64,000 nucleotides of DNA from an uncultured Desulfobacteraceae bacterium (GTDB taxonomy: Bacteria; Desulfobacterota; DSM-4660; Desulfatiglandales; Desulfatiglandaceae). The stretch lies in NCBI GenBank assembly GCA_964588535.1, contig CAZPQA010000005.1, positions 5,177 to 69,176 of the forward strand, written 5' to 3'. The position numbers and the translations under genes are program-made. The notes beneath the pieces are model-generated. The model worked only from the letters and a program-made list of their open reading frames with translations. It made no database searches and had not been told where the DNA came from. Positions 1-9,520 of the stretch are shown here, in pieces; within the stretch, counting starts at the first letter, position 1; each line of letters starts with the position of its first letter.

Positions 1-739
1 TCTCTATGAAATTACATGGGGGGACAGGCCCCACATACTTCAATCTTGTCCTGCCGCCATATGTTTCGCTTAATTTATTGATCTGCCGATCAAAGCCTTT
101 TTCATTCTCTTTTTTGACCAGGAAAGCGCTGTTGGTAATCATCTGGTCGCCCATGGTATGATTTGTTTTTTGATCGGTCCATAACGCTTTGAAGCAGCCC
201 AGGATAGCTTTTTCTTCCTTTTCATTTTTCATCTCAAGGGCGTTTTTTACCATTTCGCCCAATTTAACCTGGTCCCGCTGTGTGCCGCCCCTTCTTGATT
301 TGAGTCGATCTCTTAACAGCCTGATTTCCTTGTTTTCACGAACGAGTTCGATGAACAAGGTTTCCTTGTCCGTCCACAGGGCTTTGAGACCCAGTTCGAC
401 CTTGTCTTCCACATAAGTCAAAAGCGCTTTCAATTCATCATAACGGGCCTTCAAGACCTTTTCTTTGATAACCTCAGCGTTTTCGCCGATGGTTCCGAAT
501 CTTACGGGCAGCATGGGATAATCTGCCATGGTCTCTTCCATCACTTTCTGATGGGCCATGGTATTTGTCCTGTTTACGGAATATTTGATATCGGGCGAAG
601 GACTGATAACGGCCCCTATGTCTCTGTAGCAGATGCTATAAACAGAATCTTCCCGGTCGCCGATCCCTTTTGAAGAGAAATGGCGTTCTTCATCTGCTTC
701 GATAATGCAATATAAATAGTTGCCTTCCTTTTCGGTCAT
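1..739 (-). CDS. GvpF/GvpL family gas vesicle protein (3' end truncated by window edge)
   Basis: Not in the ORF track. Manual translation from ATG 739 gives MTEKEGNYLYCIIE...LPVRFGTI...VELGLKALW...KYVGPVPPCNFIE, a paralog of 4049..4801. Confidence 0.9.
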   Translation of the reverse strand, partial: MTEKEGNYLYCIIEADEERHFSSKGIGDREDSVYSICYRDIGAVISPSPDIKYSVNRTNTMAHQKVMEETMADYPMLPVRFGTIGENAEVIKEKVLKARYDELKALLTYVEDKVELGLKALWTDKETLFIELVRENKEIRLLRDRLKSRRGGTQRDQVKLGEMVKNALEMKNEKEEKAILGCFKALWTDQKTNHTMGDQMITNSAFLVKKENEKGFDRQINKLSETYGGRTRLKYVGPVPPCNFIE

Positions 740-793
740 TAAGCGTTGCGCTCCTCTTCAGATTGTTACGCCCCGTGGACGTTTTATTGTCGC

Positions 794-1834
794 CTACATG
801 GCGGCGGCTTGCTCCACGGCTTTGATGCTGATCCAATTTCTGACATCCGCCTCTTTGAAAGAACAGGCATCATTCTGGCAATAGCCCGTAAGCTTTTGAT
901 AGGATTTTGTTATGTTTTCAAACCGCTTTTGAGCTTCGGGGTCATCCGGAAACTTGTCAGGATGGTATTTCTTACTGAGACCCCAGTAGACTTCTTTGAT
1001 TTCAGCAGCCGTAGATTGTTCTCCCATGCCCATGACGTCTTTCGCGTGGTTAATTTCTCCAAAATCCACTTTTGTGATTTCCAGTGTGCGAAAGCTGTAA
1101 GGCGGAAGCGGCCCTACAATCCTGAAATTGATTTTGTCCTGGTAGTGGCGGTCGAGCGCCTCCACCTTTTTTTCCAATGCTTCCTGTTTGTCCTGGTTGA
1201 TCAGGAACGCCCCGTTCACGATCATGGCATCATCCATGATGGCGTGAGAAATGTGGTCTTCCGCGTCTTTTTTCAGGGTGTCCACAATCAGGGAAGCGCA
1301 TTCTTTTTTCCTTTTGTCGAGAGATGCCTTCACCAGTTTGCCGACGCTTAACTTGACCTCAAAAACCTTATCATCGGGTTTTGAGGCGGCTTCTTTCTTC
1401 AATTTCCTGACGGCGTCCTCTTCCCCTATTTCTTTCAGGATTGATTCAAAATCGCTCCATACGGCTGCCACGTTCAACTCGATTTTACCTTCCATCTCCC
1501 CAAGATGTTTTTCGATGGGGTCACAGGCGGTTTCAAGAAGGTTTTTGAGATCATGTTCGCTTACAATCGTCCCATACTTGACGGGGATGATGTGACGATT
1601 TTTCATGATCCTTTCGATGATGGCTTGATAGATGGCCAGATTCTGGAGAAGAAGTTCTTTTGGGAGGGCGCTGAATTGTTTAAACGCCATATCGCCGGCT
1701 ACAGCCGCAATATTCCGGTATGGAAACAGAAATACTTCCCCCTGGTCAATCCCTACGAGGTTCAGGTTCCGGTCTTTCTCCGCGCGTACAAACCCGTATA
1801 TGAATTTTCCGTTTGTCGTCATTTTTTTTACCAA
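794..1834 (-). CDS. GvpF/GvpL family protein fused to a C-terminal J-domain
   Basis: GvpF/L motifs (FIYGFV, IPVKYG, VGPLPPYSF) are followed by EIKEVYWGLSKKYHPDKFPDDPEAQKRFENITKSYQKL, a J-domain with the HPD motif. Confidence 0.9.
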   Translation of the reverse strand: MVKKMTTNGKFIYGFVRAEKDRNLNLVGIDQGEVFLFPYRNIAAVAGDMAFKQFSALPKELLLQNLAIYQAIIERIMKNRHIIPVKYGTIVSEHDLKNLLETACDPIEKHLGEMEGKIELNVAAVWSDFESILKEIGEEDAVRKLKKEAASKPDDKVFEVKLSVGKLVKASLDKRKKECASLIVDTLKKDAEDHISHAIMDDAMIVNGAFLINQDKQEALEKKVEALDRHYQDKINFRIVGPLPPYSFRTLEITKVDFGEINHAKDVMGMGEQSTAAEIKEVYWGLSKKYHPDKFPDDPEAQKRFENITKSYQKLTGYCQNDACSFKEADVRNWISIKAVEQAAAM

Positions 1835-1846
1835 ACTGGTTAGTGA

Positions 1847-3988
1847 TCAGTTGTCGGTTGTAGGTGTTAGAGATTTCTTAAAGTGCTGGTTTGAAATTTT
1901 GAAATCAGCGTAGTCTTCTTTCCCGCTCTCGATGAATTCTCGTATGGCCATCATAGCGGCTTTTCTGCAAACCGATTCTATGTCAGAGCCCATGAGACCC
2001 TCTGTAGATTTGGCCAGAGATTCGAGATCAACGTTCGGTCCCAGGGGTTTATCTCTTGTGTGGACTTTGAATATCTCAAGCCTTGCCTTCTGGTCAGGGG
2101 CAGGAAGCTCTAAGTGAAAATCAAACCTGCCGGCCCTGAGTAACGCCTGGTCGATAATGTCGAGCCGGTTGGTCGCTGCTAAAACAACGATCCCTTTCAG
2201 CTCCTCAATACCATCCAACTCAGTCAGAAACTGGCTGATGACCCTGTCGACTACGTGGGATGCGGCCTCCGAACCTCTCCTTGGCACCACACTGTCTATC
2301 TCATCGAAAAAAATGATGCAGGGAGATGCCTGCTTGGCTTTTTTAAATACCTCACGGACACCTTTCTCACTCTCACCAACCCACTTTGATAGTATTTCCG
2401 GGCCTTTCACCGAAATGAAGTTTACCTCTGATTCTGAAGCCACTGCCTTGGCAAGCAACGTCTTTCCGGTACCGGGTGGACCATAAAGGAGTATCCCTTT
2501 GGAGGGACTTGTATTGGCATGCTCGAATAATTTGGCGTATTTCAAGGGCCACTCAATGGTCTCCATTAAAACCCTCTTTACTTCAGCAAGGCCTCCCACA
2601 TCGTCCCAACCAACGTCCGGGATTTCAGTGAATACCTCCCTGATGGCAGAAGGTTCCACCTCTTTTAATGCTTCAGTGAAATCGTCCATGGTGACCTGAA
2701 GGTTCATCAAATCTTCATAGGGGATCTCCTCAAGCTCAAAGTCGATATTGGGAAAAATCTTCCTGAGGGTTGTCATGGCTGCTTCACGGGAAAGGGCCTC
2801 GAGATCGGCCCCAACAAACCCATGGGTGATCTCTGAAAGACGAGCCAGTTCCACATCTTCCGCCAGAGGCATACCCCTTGTGTGTATATTGAGGATGTCT
2901 AAGCGTCCGTTTTTGTCCGGTATGCTGATCTGAATTTCACGGTCAAAACGGCCCGGCCTTCTGAGAGCCGGATCAAGGACATTGGGAATATTGGTGGCGC
3001 CTATCACAATGACCTGTCCCCTTGAAGAAAGCCCGTCCATCAGCGCCAGAAGCTGTGCCACCACTCGCTTCTCTACCTGCTTTTCGCCACCCATCTCCTC
3101 ACGCTTCGGGGCAATGGCATCAATCTCGTCTAAGAATATGATGCTTGGCGCATGCGCGGTGGCATCATCGAATATCTTCCTTACATTGGCCTCGCTCTGG
3201 CCGTAAAACTTGTTCATGATCTCGGGGCCGCTGATCTGCGCGAAATATGCGTCCGTTTCATTGGCGACGGCCCGGGCAATCAGGGTCTTGCCGCATCCTG
3301 GAGGGCCATGTAGAAGAACGCCCTTTGGCGGATCGATGCCCAGGCGTTCAAAGATCTGGGGGTATTTCAAAGGGAGTTCTATCATTTCACGGATGCGCCT
3401 GATTTCCTTGCCAAGACCCCCGATATCCTCATAGGCTATCCTGGTCCTGACCTCCCCGGGTTCCCCCTTCGCCTGGATCTTCATGACGGTCTTGGGGTGG
3501 ATCATCACCACACCCGAAGGCTTGGTCGATACGACATTGAAGTCCTGGGTCCTGGTCCCGAAAAGCCTTGCCCTCACAATGTCCCCTTCCACCAGAGGAA
3601 GACCCTCCAACAGACTCCCGATGTAGCGGGCATCATGAGAACGCATCACGGTCAAAGGAGCAACGACAATGCTTTGAGCCGGGTTGAACTCCATCTTTTT
3701 GACGTCAACCTTTTCATCAATACCGGTCTTGGCATTATCCCGGGTGATACCGTCCAGTCGAATCAACCCTTTGCCGCGATCCTCCATATAGGCGGGAAGG
3801 ACCTTGGCAACGGTTTCCCTCTTCCCCTGGATGGCAACGACATCCCCCACTTCAACACCTATCTTCCTGAAGTCAACAGGATCCAGCCGCACAATCCCCC
3901 GACCTACGTCCTTGGACCCGGCCTCGGCGACCTTCAAGGTGAGGGGTTTAGGCTTCTTTGCCTTTTGTGTCTTCTTGACAGAAGTCAT
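1847..3988 (-). CDS. cdc48: CDC48/VCP/p97-family AAA+ ATPase
   Basis: Cdc48 N-domain ([10 protein letters not shown]) plus two AAA modules ([16 protein letters not shown]; Walker B FLDEID/FFDEID; [12 protein letters not shown]). Confidence 0.95.
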   Translation of the reverse strand: MTSVKKTQKAKKPKPLTLKVAEAGSKDVGRGIVRLDPVDFRKIGVEVGDVVAIQGKRETVAKVLPAYMEDRGKGLIRLDGITRDNAKTGIDEKVDVKKMEFNPAQSIVVAPLTVMRSHDARYIGSLLEGLPLVEGDIVRARLFGTRTQDFNVVSTKPSGVVMIHPKTVMKIQAKGEPGEVRTRIAYEDIGGLGKEIRRIREMIELPLKYPQIFERLGIDPPKGVLLHGPPGCGKTLIARAVANETDAYFAQISGPEIMNKFYGQSEANVRKIFDDATAHAPSIIFLDEIDAIAPKREEMGGEKQVEKRVVAQLLALMDGLSSRGQVIVIGATNIPNVLDPALRRPGRFDREIQISIPDKNGRLDILNIHTRGMPLAEDVELARLSEITHGFVGADLEALSREAAMTTLRKIFPNIDFELEEIPYEDLMNLQVTMDDFTEALKEVEPSAIREVFTEIPDVGWDDVGGLAEVKRVLMETIEWPLKYAKLFEHANTSPSKGILLYGPPGTGKTLLAKAVASESEVNFISVKGPEILSKWVGESEKGVREVFKKAKQASPCIIFFDEIDSVVPRRGSEAASHVVDRVISQFLTELDGIEELKGIVVLAATNRLDIIDQALLRAGRFDFHLELPAPDQKARLEIFKVHTRDKPLGPNVDLESLAKSTEGLMGSDIESVCRKAAMMAIREFIESGKEDYADFKISNQHFKKSLTPTTDN

Positions 3989-4048
3989 AATTTTACCTTA
4001 CACGTTGCGGGTTTCTGCCCGCTGACCATTTCCCAATCATCAATCCGT

Positions 4049-4801
4049 TCACCATTTCACCACAATATTCACAAAGTTAAATGGGGGCACCGGGCCGACG
4101 TATTTGAATGTAGCCCGGTCATCATATTCTTTGCCGAGATCTTCCACCAAGAAGTCAAACTCTTTCTCCCTCGTTCTGTCTATGAGGAAAGCTGCATTTA
4201 AAAACATGCCGTCCCCAAACACGTCATTTACCTTGACGTCAATGGCGCTCCGTTTGAACACCTTGACGACAGACCGGGTTTCATCAACCTTTTTGTTTTC
4301 AAGGGCATCTTTTACCGCCTTACCCAGAGTGATCTTGAGGGTATTGTCGCCTTTCCCGGATTTTTCCTGTGCCTTCTTCTTGAGCTTTCTGATCTCCTTG
4401 TTCCCTTCTCCTATCTCTTGAAAGATCCGGCTCACATCTTTCCAGACTGCCTTCAGACCCATCTCCACCTTATTGTCCATATCTCTCAGGAGGCCCTTGA
4501 ATTCCGAATGTCGTCTTCTCAGGAGGCTTCGAACCTCTTCGACGCTGGCCGCGATGGTACAGAATCTCACCGGAAGTACCGTATAATCTTTCATCACTTC
4601 TTCGATGACCTTTTCATGGGCTGTCATGTTTTCCCTATTGATCACGTACTTTGCCATGGGTGAACTGCTGATGACAGCGCTGATATCGTTGAACCCGATG
4701 GTTGAGACGATATCCCCGCGCTGACCGATACCGATCGGTCCGAAATTCCGACCTCCGTTACTTTCAATAATACAGTAAACGTATTGTCCTTCTTTAGCCA
4801 T
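4049..4801 (-). CDS. GvpF/GvpL family gas vesicle protein
   Basis: Motifs YVYCII, AHEKVIEEVM, VLPVRF and YVGPVPPFNFVNI. Confidence 0.92.
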   Translation of the reverse strand: MAKEGQYVYCIIESNGGRNFGPIGIGQRGDIVSTIGFNDISAVISSSPMAKYVINRENMTAHEKVIEEVMKDYTVLPVRFCTIAASVEEVRSLLRRRHSEFKGLLRDMDNKVEMGLKAVWKDVSRIFQEIGEGNKEIRKLKKKAQEKSGKGDNTLKITLGKAVKDALENKKVDETRSVVKVFKRSAIDVKVNDVFGDGMFLNAAFLIDRTREKEFDFLVEDLGKEYDDRATFKYVGPVPPFNFVNIVVKW

Positions 4802-4835
4802 TGTCTCTCCAGTTTCTACCTATTATTATTAGCCC

Positions 4836-5756
4836 TCAACATACCTGATTAATCGTATCCATTATTGCCTGTCTGACTTCGCCTTCGGGTTGCCCTTTGA
4901 ACCCGTTTGAATCAAAGTTGAGGACATCCAGGCATGCATCAACGAAATCGCTGTCATCCGCTTGGGGGGTGGAACCGGTTGTACTCAATACCTTGGCGAT
5001 CATAATGCTTGCCCGGACACTGGGCTGAAGGCTATTTTCTCTCGTATCCCTGATAGAACGTACAAGATCCACCACTCTTGCGGTCTCAGCTTCAGGTAAC
5101 CCTGATTTTTCCTCGACAATGGAAGCCTCGCTTTCCCGGTCGTAGTGCCGCAGCCTGATTGTTATCATGCGGTCTTTCAGGGCATCCTGCGCCTTGTGCA
5201 CACCCGCATATTCCTCAGGATTGCTGGTAAAGATCGCTCGAAACTCCGGCGAGACTCGCAGATAACCATCTTCCCCCCGCGCCGCCGGGAGATCTAACAT
5301 CTTTTCCTCCAATATGGGGAGGAGTACATTATTGGCTTCCGGTCTGGAACGGGTGAATTCGTCATAGATAAGCGTGTATCCATGTTTGCATGCCACGGTT
5401 ACCCGGTTGTCCACCCATTCCGGAGAGACATTTTCCTCCGATTTCAGGACCGAATGGATAAAGTTATCCACCATTTTTTTCCTCCGGTAGCCGTACTGAC
5501 CACCGATCAGGTCGGAGGTGCCGAACTCATCGTCGCCGTGGATCAATATGACAGGCCGCCCGATCTGGGCCGCCAAATACATTCCCATGGTAGTCTTCCC
5601 AGTGCCTGCCGGTCCGCTGAGGTGGATGGGGAATCCCGCGTTCATGTAGGTCGCACCCCTCCTTAAGACCCCTTTGATGTAATCGGACTGAACGAATCCG
5701 GGCTGATCCTTATCAATGATAATAGGCGTTACTTCTGAGCTTCTTTCAGTTCCCAC
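4836..5756 (-). CDS. gvpN: Gas vesicle AAA ATPase GvpN (copy 2)
   Basis: GPAGTGKTT, DNFIHSVLK, YDEFTRSRPEANNVLL and TSNPEEYAGVH are GvpN hallmarks. Confidence 0.95.
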   Translation of the reverse strand: MGTERSSEVTPIIIDKDQPGFVQSDYIKGVLRRGATYMNAGFPIHLSGPAGTGKTTMGMYLAAQIGRPVILIHGDDEFGTSDLIGGQYGYRRKKMVDNFIHSVLKSEENVSPEWVDNRVTVACKHGYTLIYDEFTRSRPEANNVLLPILEEKMLDLPAARGEDGYLRVSPEFRAIFTSNPEEYAGVHKAQDALKDRMITIRLRHYDRESEASIVEEKSGLPEAETARVVDLVRSIRDTRENSLQPSVRASIMIAKVLSTTGSTPQADDSDFVDACLDVLNFDSNGFKGQPEGEVRQAIMDTINQVC

Positions 5757-5778
5757 CGCTATCCCCTTTCAAAGTTGG

Positions 5779-6963
5779 TCATTGCGTTAGTACGTCCTGC
5801 CCCTTTACACAACTTATGTTTTCAAATCCGTTATCTGCCTTGATCACATAGGTCATAATGGGAGTTCGGCCTCCGCGCTCTATGTTTCGAATCCGCATCT
5901 CTTCCCAGGGCTCCACTACAATTTTCCAGCCCTCATCCACCTCCGCTGATTTAACGATTCGACCCCCTTCCGCGATGGCATCTTCAAAGGTGTCCAGATC
6001 CTGGCGCGGCGAGTTCCTGAAATTTGACATTATATTCTTCAATATCAGCTCATTCCGGGTTTGCTCAAGAAACTCAGGGTTCCTGACCCTTTCATAGGAG
6101 GCGAGCATCAGATTATCATCAACGGTGGCCTCAAACACGGCGGGCGTCATTTCTCCGTTCTTCCGTCTCAGCCTCCGTTCTTCCCATGGCTCGATCAGAA
6201 TTTGACACCCGTCTTCCTGCCAGGTTATGTTTATGAATTCCCCTGTATCCGTAAGGGCGGTCTCAAGGAGGGCCTCGGCAGTTTCCGGGGGCACAGGCTT
6301 GGAGGCTGTCAGGAGGGCCCGCCCAAAGGATCTGAGGGCCTCTTCTAAAACTTCCCTCAGCTCACTGGCCCTTTTCGCTTCCATCTCCTTCCTCTCTTTT
6401 TCTGCCTCCTTTTTCTGTCTGAACTCTTCTGCATTTCGTTCAACAACAGACTTATCATCTTCTACGCTCCTACTACAGCCCAATGCCGCCGCCCACTCTC
6501 TTGCCATGATTTTGCGGGCTATAAGCGAAACCGAGGCAGGGTTCAAATTCTTAGGCTTCGTTTCAACCTTGCCCTGCTCTGATTCATATGGCTTCCAGTT
6601 AAATTCCCGGTTTGTCTCCGACTCTCTTTCAGAAGACCTGGATTCGCCCTCCGGACCAAATGCCCCGGGAATTGTCTTTGCAGCCACTTCATGGAAGACC
6701 GGCAATTCACCTCCGTTTTCTTCGTTTGATTCCGGGGTCCCTGTTTCGGGTTTTGCGGCCAGGACGTCGGCAGGTTTTTGCGAGGGGTCATCCGGGACCA
6801 ATGGATATACAGGGTCCTGTTTCTCCACTTCTTCCTGCCGCCTCCATTCCCGGGCCTCAGACTCGAGTGCAGATGTGGCCGGTCGGCTCGCCGCAAGACC
6901 CAAGGCGCATGCCCGCTCCATTGCTGCCAGTTTGCCTATGGATATGGTATTTCTGTCTTCCAT
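5779..6963 (-). CDS. Gas vesicle-associated protein with two C-terminal GvpO-like repeats and two N-terminal helical repeats
   Basis: Twin motifs EDGCQILIEPWEE...FEATVDDNL.LASYERV and DEGWKIVVEPWEE...YVIKADNG resemble the GvpO pattern GW.V.VE..E....YEV.LD. Operon context agrees. Confidence 0.5.
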   Translation of the reverse strand: MEDRNTISIGKLAAMERACALGLAASRPATSALESEAREWRRQEEVEKQDPVYPLVPDDPSQKPADVLAAKPETGTPESNEENGGELPVFHEVAAKTIPGAFGPEGESRSSERESETNREFNWKPYESEQGKVETKPKNLNPASVSLIARKIMAREWAAALGCSRSVEDDKSVVERNAEEFRQKKEAEKERKEMEAKRASELREVLEEALRSFGRALLTASKPVPPETAEALLETALTDTGEFINITWQEDGCQILIEPWEERRLRRKNGEMTPAVFEATVDDNLMLASYERVRNPEFLEQTRNELILKNIMSNFRNSPRQDLDTFEDAIAEGGRIVKSAEVDEGWKIVVEPWEEMRIRNIERGGRTPIMTYVIKADNGFENISCVKGQDVLTQ

Positions 6964-6966
6964 TGA

Positions 6967-7353
6967 TCACCCTTTCGCTGTGACAACGCCTTTTCCCCGG
7001 CACGCGGTACAGGGGAGCTTGTTATGGGGGTCTTTCCCCTTGCCCCGACACTTGGGACAGGGCTCAAGGGGCTCCTTCACGCTGACATGGCCTTTACCCC
7101 TGCATACGGTGCAGGTCAGATTGCTTCGGGGCTTCTCCTTTCCCGTTCCCCTGCAGTAGGCACATTCAATGGCCGGGGGCTGGACCGAAACATTACCGCT
7201 GCCGCCGCAAACAGAGCACCTCGATCCCTTTGGTTTTTCCCCTTTGCCCGCGCAAAAAGCGCAATCAAGCTTATTGCTGTTGCTTGAGACCTTTATCACC
7301 TCGGGCGGTTTATCTGCGCTTTCCTTAGTGCCCGACGACCATTTCCATTCCAC
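6967..7353 (-). CDS. Stand-alone DnaJ-type zinc-finger protein
   Basis: Six CxxCxGxG repeats and no J-domain. Confidence 0.85.
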   Translation of the reverse strand: MEWKWSSGTKESADKPPEVIKVSSNSNKLDCAFCAGKGEKPKGSRCSVCGGSGNVSVQPPAIECAYCRGTGKEKPRSNLTCTVCRGKGHVSVKEPLEPCPKCRGKGKDPHNKLPCTACRGKGVVTAKG

Positions 7354-7368
7354 AGGTTTAGTCCTCTC

Positions 7369-7692
7369 TTAATATTCTATGGTCATTGTTTTCACCATCT
7401 TCTTCGTTTCTGAAATTTTTGAACGGCTCTGTTTTTCAGTTCTTAGATTGTAGTCTTTGGTTTCAGAGACGGTTTCCTGTAAATCCTGGAGTTCTTCGTC
7501 TATAAAAATGATATCTTTATCAACCTGTTCCTTTTTCTTTTCAATGTTTTCCATTTCCTGTTCCAGCCGCGCTTTGTTTTTCTCCAGGATAAACATCTCT
7601 AAGAATTCCGACCCTCGCACCTTTGGTTTGGATCGGATCTTGGCCCTTAAAGCCGTCTTGATATCAGAGACCGTGCGCCTTTTACTGCCCAT
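7369..7692 (-). CDS. GvpV-like small coiled-coil gas vesicle protein
   Basis: Basic N-terminus and an FLEMFILEKNKARLEQEM coiled coil; lies just downstream of gvpN as GvpV-type genes do. Confidence 0.55.
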   Translation of the reverse strand: MGSKRRTVSDIKTALRAKIRSKPKVRGSEFLEMFILEKNKARLEQEMENIEKKKEQVDKDIIFIDEELQDLQETVSETKDYNLRTEKQSRSKISETKKMVKTMTIEY

Positions 7693-7750
7693 AACATCTC
7701 CCTTAACTTAGAACAGGGCCAACTTGCTGATTTCCAAGAATAATACCCGC

Positions 7751-7921
7751 CTATCTTGCACTCTGCCGCTTGTGGATCACAACAAACGGAGCCCGATTAG
7801 GGCCTGACACTTTGATCTCCACCCTCTGGCCCTCTCTAAGACCCACCTCTCTCCTGATATTGTTCGGGATGGAAATCTTCCCATCCTCATCCACCTTTGA
7901 AAAACCTCTCATCAAAGCCAT
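7751..7921 (-). CDS. AbrB/SpoVT/MazE-type small DNA-binding protein (56 aa)
   Basis: Below the ORF-track cutoff. Translation: MALMRGFSKVDEDGKISIPNNIRREVGLREGQRVEIKV... GAGGGGG SD upstream. Confidence 0.8.
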   Translation of the reverse strand: MALMRGFSKVDEDGKISIPNNIRREVGLREGQRVEIKVSGPNRAPFVVIHKRQSAR

Positions 7922-7994
7922 TTGCTTACCCCCCTCTGGATTGATTATTGATTATTGAATATTGACGATTGAAAAACCCGCAACTCGCAACTAC

Positions 7995-8912
7995 TTAACA
8001 GTGCTTGTCAACCAATTCACCGATCACTTCTTTGACCCTGTCCTGATTGGTCTTGCTTCCGATGCGGCTGGTCTCCGAGGCCAATATGTCCATACAGGTC
8101 TGTCTGAAAACCGGATCATTTTTGTCCACCGGGGACTTTCGGACCTTGAGGGTCTTGGCAATCATGACGGAGCCCCTTATGGTTGGGGCAAATTCATAGA
8201 CGTCAGAATCCCTGAGGCCCCTGACGACCTTTACGATCTTTGAGGCATCACCATTTTCCAGGCCAGATTTGGATTCGGTGATACGGATCTCTGTCTCTTC
8301 GTCAAAATGCTCGAGATCCATGGTGATCATGCGGTCTCGAAGGGCGTCCTGACTGCGGTGCACACCGGCGTATTCCTCCGGATTGCTGGTAAAGAGGGCC
8401 GTAAAGTCCGGGTCCACCCTCAGATAGTTGCTGTCGCCCTCCCGTGCCGAAGGCAGGTCTAACATTTTCTCCTGAAGCACGGAGAGGAGCACATTATTGG
8501 CCTCCGGTCTTGAGCGGGTAAACTCATCATATATGAGTGTGAACCCGTACTTACAGGCAATTGTCAGACGGTTGTCCACCCACTTTTTTCTCATATCCTC
8601 CTCGGTCTTGAGCACCGAGTGGATGAAATTATCCACCACCTTGCGTATTTTATATCCATATTCGCCGCCAACCAGGTCCGATGTGGAAAACTCCTCATCC
8701 CCGTGGATCATGACCACCGGTCTGCCGATCTGGCTGGCCACATGCATGGCCATGGTGGTCTTGCCCGTCCCGGAAATCCCCCGGAAATGGAGAGGAAAGC
8801 CCGCCGCCACATAGCCCAGGGCCCTCTCGGTAATATCTTTTACAAACGGGGTTTCAACAAAGTTGGGCAGGGAACGCGGTTCCAACACGGTCGTTATTTC
8901 ATCTATCGACAT
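7995..8912 (-). CDS. gvpN: Gas vesicle AAA ATPase GvpN (copy 1)
   Basis: FVETPFV, GISGTGKTT, YDEFTRSRPEANNVLLSVL and TSNPEEYAGVHRSQDALRDR. Confidence 0.96.
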   Translation of the reverse strand: MSIDEITTVLEPRSLPNFVETPFVKDITERALGYVAAGFPLHFRGISGTGKTTMAMHVASQIGRPVVMIHGDEEFSTSDLVGGEYGYKIRKVVDNFIHSVLKTEEDMRKKWVDNRLTIACKYGFTLIYDEFTRSRPEANNVLLSVLQEKMLDLPSAREGDSNYLRVDPDFTALFTSNPEEYAGVHRSQDALRDRMITMDLEHFDEETEIRITESKSGLENGDASKIVKVVRGLRDSDVYEFAPTIRGSVMIAKTLKVRKSPVDKNDPVFRQTCMDILASETSRIGSKTNQDRVKEVIGELVDKHC

Positions 8913-9012
8913 ATCATCCTCCTAAAATTAATAGATTCGGCAGGCGGCATAAAGGGCCCGGTGGGCCACAGGCAGATATGATTAATACCGCCTGCGGCGC
9001 ACCGCATTCCGC

Positions 9013-9366
9013 CTACTTCTTAGTAATGACTCCCCCGCCTCTACATTTGAGACAGGGGAGGTAATCACCGGCAAGGACGCCCTTGCCCTTGCAGTCTGGG
9101 CACGTCTCAATCGGTTCCTTTACTCCCATTATTCCTTTTCCACCGCATACATCACACGTCAGTCGCTGGTCGCGGTGAACGCCGGTCCCTCCGCAAAAAA
9201 TACAACGGATGGCAGGCGCAGGGACAGACACCTCTTTACGACCACCACAAACCTGGCATACAGAGACCTTGGACAAGAGTCCAAACGGATCGACTCCCTC
9301 TCCCTTGCAAAAGGCACATGTGGCGATGACCTTTCCCCCTTCTCCTTTTATTACTTCGACGCTCAT
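9013..9366 (-). CDS. Stand-alone DnaJ-type zinc-finger protein
   Basis: Six CxxCxGx(G/K) repeats; paralog of 6967..7353. Confidence 0.85.
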   Translation of the reverse strand: MSVEVIKGEGGKVIATCAFCKGEGVDPFGLLSKVSVCQVCGGRKEVSVPAPAIRCIFCGGTGVHRDQRLTCDVCGGKGIMGVKEPIETCPDCKGKGVLAGDYLPCLKCRGGGVITKK

Positions 9367-9520
9367 TTTATTTGCCTCCCTTATTTGACTACCGTTATGA
9401 GTGAAAAGCGCTGCTTTTTAACGGTTGGAAACTGGACATAAGACAAATTGAAGATTGAGCGTTTCTGGACATACTCTTCAATATTCAATCAGGTTGCCCG
9501 GTCTCCATGGCCGCACCTCT

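Noticed and set aside
6227-7159. Long plus-strand ORFs over the gvp, Hsp70 and mutase genes (also 746..1351, 12967..13755, 39624..40478 and others)
   Set aside because: They are antisense shadows of well-supported genes, with no recognisable motifs.
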